Source: Fonticula alba ATCC 38817 (Eukaryota > Protista > Nucleariida). Taken from it: a DNA stretch of 45,841 nt. The stretch is taken from assembly GCA_000388065.2 (NCBI GenBank), contig KB932203.1; one strand, written 5' to 3'. Shown here one piece after another: positions 1-10,859 of this stretch. Under the pieces are notes generated by a model, which was not told where the DNA came from, did no database searches, and saw nothing but the letters and a program-made list of their open reading frames with translations. The translations under genes and the position numbers were made by a program. Numbering within the stretch: the first letter of the stretch is position 1; each line of letters starts with the position of its first letter.

Positions 1-67
1 CACAAACCCTAGCGAGCTTCGACCGCGCGCTTCTGCTCACAGGACTACCCTCCCGCTCAAATACAAT

Positions 68-167
68 CCGTTTGCGCGCGCACTTTTTACCCAGCTCACC
101 GTTTTCCCGCCCAAATAACGCCCCGTTTGCGCGCGCACTTTTCTATCAAATCACCCGCTTTCCCGCC
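68..167 (+). repeat. Imperfect direct repeat, 55-bp period, 2 copies (CCGTTTGCGCGCGCACTTTT...TTTCCCGCCC)
   Basis: 20-bp identical starts at 68 and 123. Both copies end in TTTCCCGCCC. Confidence 0.9.
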
Positions 168-255
168 CCATAGCACCCATACTACTCCACTTCTACAAAA
201 CAGCACACACGTGACCACACCCCAGAACTATATAAGCACCCCCGCCACCTCGCGA

Positions 256-333
256 GGCCACTTTGTCAGCCGAGTGACGTCGCGGAAGGCCACTTCGTCA
301 GCCGAGTGACGTCGCGGAAGGCCACTTCGTCAA
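256..333 (+). repeat. 32-bp tandem repeat, about 2.4 copies (GGCCACTTCGTCAGCCGAGTGACGTCGCGGAA)
   Basis: Units start at 256, 288 and 320 with no spacers. Confidence 0.95.
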
Positions 334-664
334 CCGCCGATGTGGCCCAAGCGGCCAGGAGTCTTTTTCTCACCTCTTTTTGCCTCCTCCCGGCGACATT
401 CGCCTCTCCGCACTTTTTCCCGCTTTTTATTCCCTTTTTCGCGTCACGCGGATTACGCGTTCTGATAATTGAAGGGAGATGTTCTGGTAAGGGGTGGTTT
501 TCCAACAGCGTTCGGCGCCGCTCTGGCGCATTCGCTCGCCGCGACTTCGGGATTTTGACAATCAGGCTGACAAAGCGTGACACCCCAAATTCCATGCCTT
601 TTCCGTTCTACTGGAGCCCAATTGATTCTGATACACACGCCCGCCCGCCGAGGCCCCTCCTCCC

Positions 665-965
665 GCCACTTCAAAGCCCCGACAGCCACCCCTCCGCGCA
701 CATTTTCCCCCGCCTAGGATCCCCATGCCCACACTCTCCACGCCCGCCTACCTCCTCCCACTTGCCACATCCTCGTAGCCCGCCTACTTCCCCGTTGGAC
801 CCGGATTCCATGAACTGGTCACGCGGACATCCCGCGAATCGCCTTCCCACCCTTGCCCTGGTCCCTGCGCTGGTCTCGCATCGCGCCCACAAACACTTCT
901 CCTCCCCGGGATCCTCACACCCCCTCCTCCCAAGTCGTCCCACCCACTATGCAGATGACTTGATC
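665..965 (+). mobile_element. Possible highly decayed non-LTR retrotransposon RT fragment (motifs 3-5)
   Basis: Ordered FKA-(1-nt deletion)-DS...LGSP...RG...VPALV...HYADDL resembles the KAFDS...LGxP...RGVRQGCPLSPxLF...YADD series with roughly correct spacing. Only YADD is exact. Confidence 0.3.
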
Positions 966-1342
966 CAACACCCATGGGTCCTGCCCCTGCCTGGGCCCAC
1001 ACCTTCCCGGAGAGACCACTTTCCCCGGACCAAGCAAGCCCAGACAGGCCGCACGAGGCACCCCAGCCCGGCTCATAGCCCGCGCCTGCTCCAGCTCAAC
1101 GGCCCCCGCCGCGGCGCGCGTCCCTCCCCCCCCCCCCCCCCCCCCCCCCCGTGAGCTACAACAGCTTGACCCTCCGCGACCGAGCACTGCCTCGATACGT
1201 GGCCATCTTGTGCACTCCTGACCCCCCCCCCCCACGGGCCGGCCATCTGCCAGCCTATTCGAGCCTCCTTCCCCCTGGTCGCACCCCTCCTCTCGCACTG
1301 GCGCCACGAAGAGGGACTCCAAACAAAGTCCATGATGCGCGG

Positions 1343-2110
1343 GCCGCACCAAGGCCCGGCATCGAGCCGCCACCAAGGCCCGGCATCGAGCCGCCACCAA
1401 GGCCCGGCATCGAGCCGCCACCAAGGCCCGGCATCGAGCCGNNNNNNNNNNNNNNNNNNNNNNNNNNNNNNNNNNNNNNNNNNNNNNNNNNNNNNNNNNN
1501 NNNNNNNNNNNNNNNNNNNNNNNNNNNNNNNNNNNNNNNNNNNNNNNNNNNNNNNNNNNNNNNNNNNNNNNNNNNNNNNNNNNNNNNNNNNNNNNNNNNN
1601 NNNNNNNNNNNNNNNNNNNNNNNNNNNNNNNNNNNNNNNNNNNNNNNNNNNNNNNNNNNNNNNNNNNNNNNNNNNNNNNNNNNNNNNNNNNNNNNNNNNN
1701 NNNNNNNNNNNNNNNNNNNNNNNNNNNNNNNNNNNNNNNNNNNNNNNNNNNNNNNNNNNNNNNNNNNNNNNNNNNNNNNNNNNNNNNNNNNNNNNNNNNN
1801 NNNNNNNNNNNNNNNNNNNNNNNNNNNNNNNNNNNNNNNNNNNNNNNNNNNNNNNNNNNNNNNNNNNNNNNNNNNNNNNNNNNNNNNNNNNNNNNNNNNN
1901 NNNNNNNNNNNNNNNNNNNNNNNNNNNNNNNNNNNNNNNNNNNNNNNNNNNNNNNNNNNNNNNNNNNNNNNNNNNNNNNNNNNNNNCGAGCCGCCACCAA
2001 GGCCCGGCATCGAGCCGCCACCAAGGCCCGGCATCGAGCCGCCACCAAGGCCCGGCATCGAGCCGCCACCAAGGCCCGGCACCGAGCCGCCACCAAGGCC
2101 CGGCACCGAG
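1343..2110 (+). repeat. 24-bp minisatellite (GAGCCGCCACCAAGGCCCGGCATC)n spanning an assembly gap
   Basis: About 4 units before and 5 after the gap at 1442-1986. The last units vary (GCACC). Reads (EPPPRPGI)n in one frame. Confidence 0.95.
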
Positions 2111-3289
2111 ACGCGGGCAGCCCCTTCCCCTCCCGCCCCGCCCGACCACCCAGCCGTCGAAACGCACCACCATCCGCGTCCGGCCGAAGCCCCTACCCCC
2201 GTCGGGCCGCCGATGGCCCGCCAGCCACGCGAGCTCACTCGAGCGATTGGCAGGTGCGCGGCCGGCAGCACCTCTGCCCTCGTCGGGCTCGCCCCCGGCT
2301 CCACACCATCGGCCCCCCTTGGGCTAGGGTCCGGTCGACCACCGTTCTCAGCGATCGCACGCGCTCCTCCCCGCCTTCATCCTGTGCTCCAACAAGCCTC
2401 TACTCAGGACAGTGTGGCGAGACCTTGGACGGCCGCCCACGGGCCCGGGCCCCAGGGCCGCCACTTCCACACCTGCACCCATAGCTTGGGGCCATGCCAC
2501 AGTAGTCACATCCCCGCATTTGCCTCTACTGGAGCAGGCACCCCCCCCCCCCCCCCCCCCCCCCCCCCCAGACATGCCGCCCCGCCCGGGACCGGGTCCC
2601 CGCAATACCCTCGACCTAACACCACACCCACCTGTCCGACGCTCCCAGGCCCTGGTTCCACCCTTTGGCGTGTCCTCCCCGCGGGCGGACCATGGGTCCT
2701 GCATGGCTGCATTCGGCCTCTGACCCGAAGGCATCTGTGCCGGCGCCCCGCCCCAGACACACAGACACACGCCCGGGCAGATGCCGGCATCGGCAGGAGC
2801 GTCCCAGCACCCAATACCGCCATGCCGGGCATGCTCCTGCAGGCACGCCTCCACGTCGCCCCTCAGCGGCGACAGACCCGGTGGCCGCCTCGTGGCCATG
2901 CTCTCGCCCCACAGCCGACACCCCACCGCCATCGGCGCTTGCCGTCGGCAGGGACACCCACCCCGATCGCCGCAGGCCACGATCAGCACCTCGGGCCGGC
3001 CCCCCTCCAGCCGGGCCTACGTCTGGCCCATCAATAGGCGCACCCTCCGGCGGGGAAGGATCTCGCGTCCCGACATACCCCGGGTGCCGGACCCCACCCC
3101 ATCCGGGAGCCACAAAGCCAAATGAATCGTTCGACACAGCGCCAGCTATCCCCCCCCCCCCCCCCCCCCCCCCCAAACTGACTCGCCGCGCTGTCCGCGG
3201 GACTCCGGTCAAGACCCGGCTCTCGGCCGACGGCGACCGGCCTCCCCAATGACCGACTCGCCCTCGAGTCCTCGACACACCACAGAGGC

Positions 3290-3560
3290 AAGCATACGCG
3301 CCGGACATCGCCAGCTGGCGCCCCATCCCCGGCGCAGTCCACGCCTTCGAAGACGGGGGGACCCCGTCCCGGCATCCGTGGCCACCAACAGGGGTGGCAC
3401 TTTTCATCGCACAGCAAGAAGGGACACCATACCCGGCGGTCCGGCGCCTTCACCCCCTAGCCTCTGCCGCTGACCAAGGGTCCGACATCCCCGTTAGCGT
3501 ACCTCCAGATCGCCAGCCAGATCGTCCTCAAGATGGTCTACTCCCTGCGCCCGTCCTCCG
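3290..3560 (+). mobile_element. Possible decayed non-LTR RT fragment (motifs 1-3)
   Basis: PDIASWRPIP, then a +1 shift to AQSTPSKT (cf. WRPISLLSTLSKI), one in-frame TAG, then YLQIASQIVLKMVYSL with about 20 consecutive G/C-ending codons. Confidence 0.3.
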
Positions 3561-6500
3561 ATGGCGGCCACCGCCTTCGGTGTGCGGCTCGCAACCAGCA
3601 CCGCGCCAAGCAAGACCCGAGGGAGGTACACGGGAAGGGGACAAACCAGGCCCAAGGACGCAATAGGGCGAGCCACTGACCGAGGCGATGCGGGCCCTTT
3701 GCCCCCCCACCAGCTTCCGGCCTCTGCCCCGGCTCCCTCGCGTATACCGGACATGCGCGCATGGCGGCCGCGCATGTTCTCTGACGGACGCCACGCCACC
3801 ACACCCCCATCCGTCGGATCCCCACAAGACCCCACGCCAAGGTCCATATGCCAATCCGCTGGGACTGTGGCTCCCACTGCAGCATGGAAGATCTTGTCAT
3901 CCAAATGCACCTGATCCAGCATGGCCGGTGCCCAATTAACACTTCACCCATTTCGACTAAGACATGGCACGAGAACTATACACACGGGATCGCGCCGCCT
4001 TGTGGGTGGTGCCCTCCTCATGCAAGCGGTCCGGGGGACGGCCGCGGCCCCGAGGGTGCTGGACAAAGGATGGCGACGCACTTTTGCACCGGCCCATTGG
4101 CCCGGAGGTCAGGCCTGTCCTCTTGATCGGACTCAGGGCCCGAGGGGAAAGGAGCCCCTCCCCCCGGCGCCCCTCCCCCTTATGCCGACGAAGACCGGTG
4201 CAGAAGGGCGACATGCACAGGCAACGCTGGACATCGATCCGACCCCGGGAGCGTCCCTCCCAGGGCCCGCTCCTCTCGATCTGCGCCCCTTGCTCGACAA
4301 TTGCCCCTCTGGGCCGTCTGGCCGCTGGCTCGCCTCGGGACGGGCCGGATGCATCCAGACTGGCCCCCGAGCATGCCCGATTCCGCGCGGTGGGTGCGCT
4401 CGCCTTTCCCCGCCCACAGGACCGGCAGCAGGCAGCCGGTGCCATCTCCATCGCAGGCTTCCCCCTCCTCCCCCGAGCTGACACGCGACCTCGCGAGGGC
4501 CCAGCCACCGGCCCCGCACCACAGGCCAGGACCGGCCTCGGTGCCTCAGCACCGGGTCACCATTGATCGCCACATCGGGGATGTCGATCCTGGTCCGACG
4601 GAACGCCGATGAGGCCTTGCAGCCCTCCCTCTGGCCCGGCCATGCCCTGCCCCATGTACTGGTGTCTGGAGCGGCGCCGAGTGGGGAGCCCATGTGCAGG
4701 CGCGCCGCGCGCACATGGCAAGAGCCGAGACGTGAGCCCAACTCCCCCGAGCAGCTGCTTGACACCGTTTACTCTACCGAGGGGAAGCACGCACAGATCG
4801 GAATCCTTGTTATCTGGACGCGAGTAGTTATGGTCACCGCCTCCATGTACGACTGGTCGTGGAGACCGATGGGCGCCGGAGTCCGATGACGCGAGGTGGG
4901 GACCGACCCTTTTGGTGCCCGCCCGGGGATAGCCTCATCCCACAGCCCGGGCCACTCAGCGATTGGCCACCTCCCCCTCGATGGGCGCCCCTAAACATGG
5001 CCGCTCCGAGACGGGCCACTTCCGTGTCACATGCCCGGCCACTCCGCCCGCCTCGATGGCGGAAAGCCGGCCTCGGATCCCCCTGCTCCATTGCCTGACG
5101 ACGCGCGCCAAGCGACACCATCGCGCCCGGGCGCCGCGCCCTCCCGCGCCGATTCCGATCGTGGACATCGTCCCCTCATTGTCGGTGGCATGCCCGTGGC
5201 CAGTGCGCCCCTCGGCGTGAATTGACCCGTGTGCATCGACCCCTCCCGGGCACTGCCCGAAGGACGGCCCGGCGCGTGCCCAGGACCAAGCACACACATG
5301 CCCACCGATGATCCCATTGCAGGGGATGTCGACCATTCAGGATCCCTCCCCCGGCGCCTACCTCGGATTCGGTTTATAAATCGGATGCTCGCCGGCCCTC
5401 TCGCCTGTTTGCTGCCTCGCCCCAGGCCAGCCCCATGTGCCTGCCCTGCCCTCCGGCCCATCTCCCAGAGCCTTGCCCCATGCCCTGATCGGGCCCCATT
5501 GATGCAGAGCACCCCGTGGCCGGCAACACAAGCAGACATCGGCCGACCCCTTTCCACGGCCAGCGAGAAGTGGACCACAGGGCTGCCCCTCCCTTCCCAA
5601 CGGGGTGCCTGGGTACGGACACCGAGGGCCTGAGGGGGAGGCCCCCCAAGGGCCACGCCCGACCGGGAGCCCTCTCTCGGTGGAGCTCCCTCCCCGGATG
5701 TCGAGGGGCGTCGCCGTGGCTACACCACACGCCGAGCGGCATCGGGGGCGCCACCCACCCCCGTGCGATGGGGCTCGAACGCCGGGATAACACCGGGCAG
5801 GCGAATCCCACGCGGGGCCCGTCACGAGTGACTGCGCCACCCTGGCGAGGCCCTGCCAGTGGCAGCCACTCCATCGCAAGGCAAACAGAGCAGCAGTCGC
5901 CCCCGGCAACACCTGTCGCAAGAGCACTCACCTCGTGGCGATCGTGGCCGGCAATCGGGGCAGCTTCAGTCGGATCGACACGCCCATGAGGGCGATCATC
6001 CCGAAACAAAGGACATCGACATCCGGACCCTGGCCCGCTGGGAAGCGAGTCGCCTGCCCCCTTGAGCGCCTCGGGCGGCGTGACCCTCGGCGACCGACCC
6101 GGTGAGCCGGCTTCCCCCGAAGGCACAAGCAAGGACCTCTGCCACCGGGCGGGTCTGGGCTGACATCGCGTGCGGATGCCGCCCTGCATCGGGCGCCATT
6201 CCACGCCTGTAGCTGTGCGCCAACCCCCGCATCCGGGCCACGGCGAGTGCGCCCGATGGCGAGGGCGCCGCTGCGCGACACTTACGGCTACTAAGTCCAC
6301 CCCCGAGAAACAAAAAAACCCGCCAGTGTACGCGGGTGGGCCGGTCCGACTCGAGGCCCGTCCCTCTTCGGAGCTGATGCTCTCCCACGCCCGACGCACA
6401 CCGCCAGACAGCCGGGCGAGCAGGCCCCCGAGCCTCCCTTGCCGCTCCGTTGGATGCATCAGTCCCCATGCTCCTGAGCGCTGCCTGCCCAGGGAAGACC

Positions 6501-9500
6501 CGGAGCCATGCCTGTTCATCTCGCCCCAGGGATAGCCCAGCTCCCGGGGGGGGCAGAGACAGACACACTGCCCCGGACAGGCATGAGCACAGCCGGCCAT
6601 GGCATGCGACACACATACACCTTGGCCAGCCCAAGGGCGGCCCTCCCTCGACAGAGAGGAAAAGGGCGCGCATCACTCACGCCTCTCCAAAGACCGCGCA
6701 CTGGCCCTCCTCGGGCACCCAGTCGGAATGCCGACCGTCTGCCCGCGCAAGCCGGACGAGGGGGGATCGGCGGAGAGATGGGCGACAGAATATGCACGCC
6801 CAGGGGGGTGCATACGCGACACAAATTCCAGCGCAACATGACCATGCCCCGGCGGGGGACAGGCAACGAAAACCCACTGCCCCTCTTTCCCGAGCCGCTA
6901 GGTCGCGGAGAGGCGACACACCCTCCGGACCTGTCACCGCGGGGAGGGGCGCCAGGCGCAGGGCTGCGCTGCGGCCGGAGCTCTGGCACACTGGCCGGGT
7001 GGGGGGACGAGGGCACAGCCAGGACAGTGGCAGCCGGGCAGCCGAGCGATCCAGCCCGGAGCAGGGCGGAAGGGCCATACGCGGGTGGACCGGACGCGGG
7101 AGAACACGCGCGCTCGGTGTACCTGGGGCAGAGGCCGGGCCTCCCGGGGGCGGAGGGCAGGCGAGAAGAGGGAGAGAGAGCGAGAAACAGCCAGGTGCGG
7201 GAGGCGGCGGAAACATGCGAAAAAAGGCAGAGAGGGCGCGACGCGAAAAAAAAAAAAAGCAGAAAAGCCGCGTGGCATCGAGAAACAAAAAATGGGGGCG
7301 GGTGTGGGGGGGGGACACACACGACCGGCCCCGCCGGGTCTGCTCTCAAAAAGGAAACACACACACACCCATATGTGACACTGTTAAAAAATCCCCCTTT
7401 CCCGGCCTTCGGCCGAAGAAAACAGACCGTCTCTCGGGGGCGCTGAATCGGTCGCGTCCAGAGGCGGGTTACCGCATGTGCCAACGCTTCTCCGGTGCTT
7501 CGCGCGTCGACTGGCCCTGTTTCCCCGCCGCCTCCGGTGTATGTGTGGCCCCAGGCCTGGGGGGAGAAAGCATGCCCCAATGCTGGTGTTGCTGCCCGGA
7601 TGGCCGTCCTCTCCTCCGGCCTGAAGGCCCGGCCGGCCGTGTGCCGCGCGTCGATCGGCGTCGTGTTGCCTGCACTCTGCCGTTGTGGAGCTCTCATCCG
7701 GCTCCATCGCACTTGTCGAGACCGCCTGCCCGAGTTGCACCGGTCCTCGCAGGTGCAGCCGGGCCCCAGTGTCCGGCACCACCTCGTCATGGTGCTAGGA
7801 AGGCCCGTGTGGCGCGTTGGATGCGACCTGTGTGGAGGTGTCCCCCGTCGTCACCGGCGACGGTGCCCGGTGGGGCCATCTTCGACGGCGCCCAGCCTCC
7901 ACCGGTCCCTTCCTCATTCGATGTTTCTAGGCCGCCGGTGGCAAGACCGCCAGGTGCCCAAGCCACTGGCAGGGGCCTGACGCGTGAGGGGCTCTTCCGG
8001 GTCTCGGCCTGCTGCCCGTGGTGCCCGTTCGGGGGAGGGCCGCGCCCGTGTAAGTGCGCGATCGCCGCCGCACCTTTTCCGGCCCCGGGCCCGCCTCTTC
8101 GCCCGGAGTGGTGGTCATTTCAACCCCCTGTGCCACCCGCGTCCCTCCCCACCGGGCCTGGGCGTCATTCGCCCTTGCTCCACCGCGCGCGCGCGACTCG
8201 GCGGCCTGGTCCCGGGGCACAGACGCCCCCACCTCCCGCCCGGGAATCGCCCTTTCCCCAATGCAGCGCGAGGGCACTTTCGATGCCCGCCCCCGCCCTT
8301 TCGGCGGCCGGAGAGAGACCTCCAACAGCTCCCCGCCTCGGGGCGCGCGGCTAACCATAACCATTGCCTGATTTTTACGGTGGCGCCCGCCCGGCTTTTC
8401 CGGCACCCATAACCCAAAGGGATTTACGTCTCCCCCTGGGGCGAAATCCTCGCGCACAAGACACATTCCTCTTCGCGCACGTGCAGGACGCGGATGTGTG
8501 AACGTGTCTGCCTTGTTGTGTGCCGGCCGCACCAATGCGGGCGCAGCCCCTCGGGGGGCAGGGAAGAGGGGAACCCTGCCAGCCGCAGACCCGGCTCCCG
8601 GGCCCGGCGCCCCCCTATTTACGTCGACACCCATGCTAATGTGCCATCTTTCCGGTCGCGGTGCGCGTGCGCCCGGCGGGGCCGCGGTGCGGTGCACCGG
8701 TCGCGTGTGGTCGGACCGTTGCTCCACTCCCAATTGTCTCCCCGCCCGCAGGCGGCCCCGAGCCCAGGTGACCCCCATTTCCGTGTTGTTGTCTCGCCCG
8801 CCCCTCCCCGCCTCGCCCCTCGGACACCCTCGGGGCCGCCTCGACTGGGCATGTTTTTGTTTTCTTTTCCGCGGATCCCCCCCGACGGTCATGCCAATCA
8901 CCTCCCGCGGCAACATGTCCTGCCCTTTTCTCCCGGCCCACCTCGGCCGAAGGAGACCACCCCTCCCCGGCGTGTCCGAGCCCCTCCGCTCAAAGAGGTG
9001 GGCGGTCTCCCGGCTTTTCACATGCAGGCCGACGCTCCTGGACCACTGCCCCGATGGGACTAGTCTGCGGGTGCCCGTGTGAGCTCCGGGCGAAATATGC
9101 CCCCCTCCCTCCCTTGCCCCCGCCGCGCCCGGCCGCCGCCCGGTCACGAAGGGGCGTCCCCTGTTCCCGGGAGATCGCTTCGACGCGGACCGGCATGCGC
9201 AGGCTTCCCCAATGACAAGCAGCCTGCCTCGCGCTGTGTTTGCCTTTTCACGCCCCGGCAGATCCACACCCTCCAAGCGTGCTGGCTGCCATGCTCGAGC
9301 CCCTGGGTCAGCCGCCTCCCGGACCGGGGGCGCGAGGATTTCCACGACGACGCGGCCAGCCGCACGGCTCCCCCCCCCCACCCCTCGGGCCGGCGGTCGT
9401 GCGCGGCGCCGCCTCGGCCATGCTCTCGGGGCCGCCTTATGTCGTACGACTGTGTTTCCCCCCCCTCCCCCCGGCCGGCCTCCTGACTGGACCGAATGTG

Positions 9501-9662
9501 CCCGCGGGGACACCCGCCCCATCCTGCCCAGCGACCGGCGTTATAAGCATGCCTTGTCGCCGGGTCCCCTCCCCCGGAGGCGCCGCCATCCCCTCTGCCC
9601 GGCGCACGCTCATCCCTTCGCTCCACCCTCCCCCTGGGTCTCTCCACCCTTCCGCCTGCCGA

Positions 9663-10859
9663 ATGAAAATCCTCCGCCTCCTTGGCAGCTTGACGCTGCT
9701 GCTCCTGGCCGCCTCCGCCGCCCTGGCGACCCCCGACCCGGACGAGCACTTCCTCGCCCCGCTGGTCGACAACCCGGATGCCGAAGTCATCCCCGGCCAG
9801 TATATCGTGGTCTTCCGGCCGGACGTCTCCCTGGCCAATGCCCGGGTCTTTGCCGACTCGCTCAACATCGGCCGCTTCATCCACATCGGCCGCGAGTTCA
9901 AGGCCGTCGCCGGGCCCCTGTCCCCGGAGATGCTGCACCAGGTCCGGGCCCGGTCCGACCTGGTGGATTATGTCCATGTCGATCAAATCGCCCGCATCCA
10001 GGCCCTGGCCCAGTACAACCCGGACTGGGGTCTGGATCGTGTGGACCAGCGCAAGCTCCCCCTCGATGACTACTACATCTACGCCATGCACGAGGGAGCC
10101 AATGCCCATGTGTACATCATCGACACCGGCATCAACCACGACCATGTGAACTTCCGCGGCAATGCCTGGAGCGGCTACAACTTCCACGACAACATGCACC
10201 TGGCCGAGGATGACAACGGCCATGGGACGCACGTTGCCGGCACCGTCGGCAGCTCCACCTGGGGCGTGGCCAAGAGCGCCTCGCTCATCAGTGTCCGCGT
10301 CCTCGGGGCCAATGGCTCCGGCAGCATGTCCAACGTCGTGGCCGGGGTTGCCTGGGCCGCCGAGCACCATCGGAACTCCCTGCTCAAGAAGTCCGTCGCC
10401 ATCATCTCCCTGACCACCAGCGCCAACCAGCCCCTCGATGATGCGGTGCTCGCCGCCATCCACGCCGGCCTCACGGTCGTCGCCGCCGCCGGCAACGAAG
10501 GTCGCGATGCCTGCCACTTCTCCCCCGGGCGTGTGTCCGCCGTCATCACGGTGGCCGCCTCCGACATCAACGACGTGCGCGCCGGCTTCTCCAACTACGG
10601 GCCCTGCGTCGACATCTTCGCCCCCGGGGTGTCCATCACCTCCACCTGGATCGGCTCCTACACCGCCACCCGGACCCTCTCCGGCACGTCCATCGCCGCG
10701 CCCCATGTGGCCGGCATCGCGGCCCTGCGGCTGATCCAAAACCGCAGCATCGACAGCCCCACCGCCCTCAAGGAGGATATCATCCGGGAATCCACCAAGG
10801 ACATCATCACCGACACCCGCGGATCCCCCAACCGCCTGGCCTACATCTACTACCGGTAG
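9663..10859 (+). CDS. Secreted subtilisin-like serine protease, S8A proteinase K/aqualysin type; 398 aa, single exon
   Basis: Signal peptide MKILRLLGSLTLLLLAASAALA, I9-like propeptide (IPGQYIVVF), WGLDRVDQ, triad IDTG/HGTHVAG/GTSIAAPHVAG, oxyanion AAGN, FSNYGPCVDIFAPG. Confidence 0.96.
   Translation: MKILRLLGSLTLLLLAASAALATPDPDEHFLAPLVDNPDAEVIPGQYIVVFRPDVSLANARVFADSLNIGRFIHIGREFKAVAGPLSPEMLHQVRARSDLVDYVHVDQIARIQALAQYNPDWGLDRVDQRKLPLDDYYIYAMHEGANAHVYIIDTGINHDHVNFRGNAWSGYNFHDNMHLAEDDNGHGTHVAGTVGSSTWGVAKSASLISVRVLGANGSGSMSNVVAGVAWAAEHHRNSLLKKSVAIISLTTSANQPLDDAVLAAIHAGLTVVAAAGNEGRDACHFSPGRVSAVITVAASDINDVRAGFSNYGPCVDIFAPGVSITSTWIGSYTATRTLSGTSIAAPHVAGIAALRLIQNRSIDSPTALKEDIIRESTKDIITDTRGSPNRLAYIYYR

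Larger units (their letters stand above)
60..425 (+). promoter_or_regulatory. Repeat-built promoter-like block: TATA-like CTATATAAG (228-236), three TTTCCCGC E2F-consensus octamers (103, 159, 416), CRE-like TGACGTC cores
   Basis: Motifs read directly. Less GC-rich than the rest of the window. Function is inferred only. Confidence 0.35.

Noticed and set aside
1-12. AAACCCTA telomere-like motif at the window start
   Set aside because: Single copy with no tandem array.
256-333. 32-bp repeats as a CRISPR array
   Set aside because: Units are contiguous with no spacers, the context is eukaryotic, and there are no cas genes.
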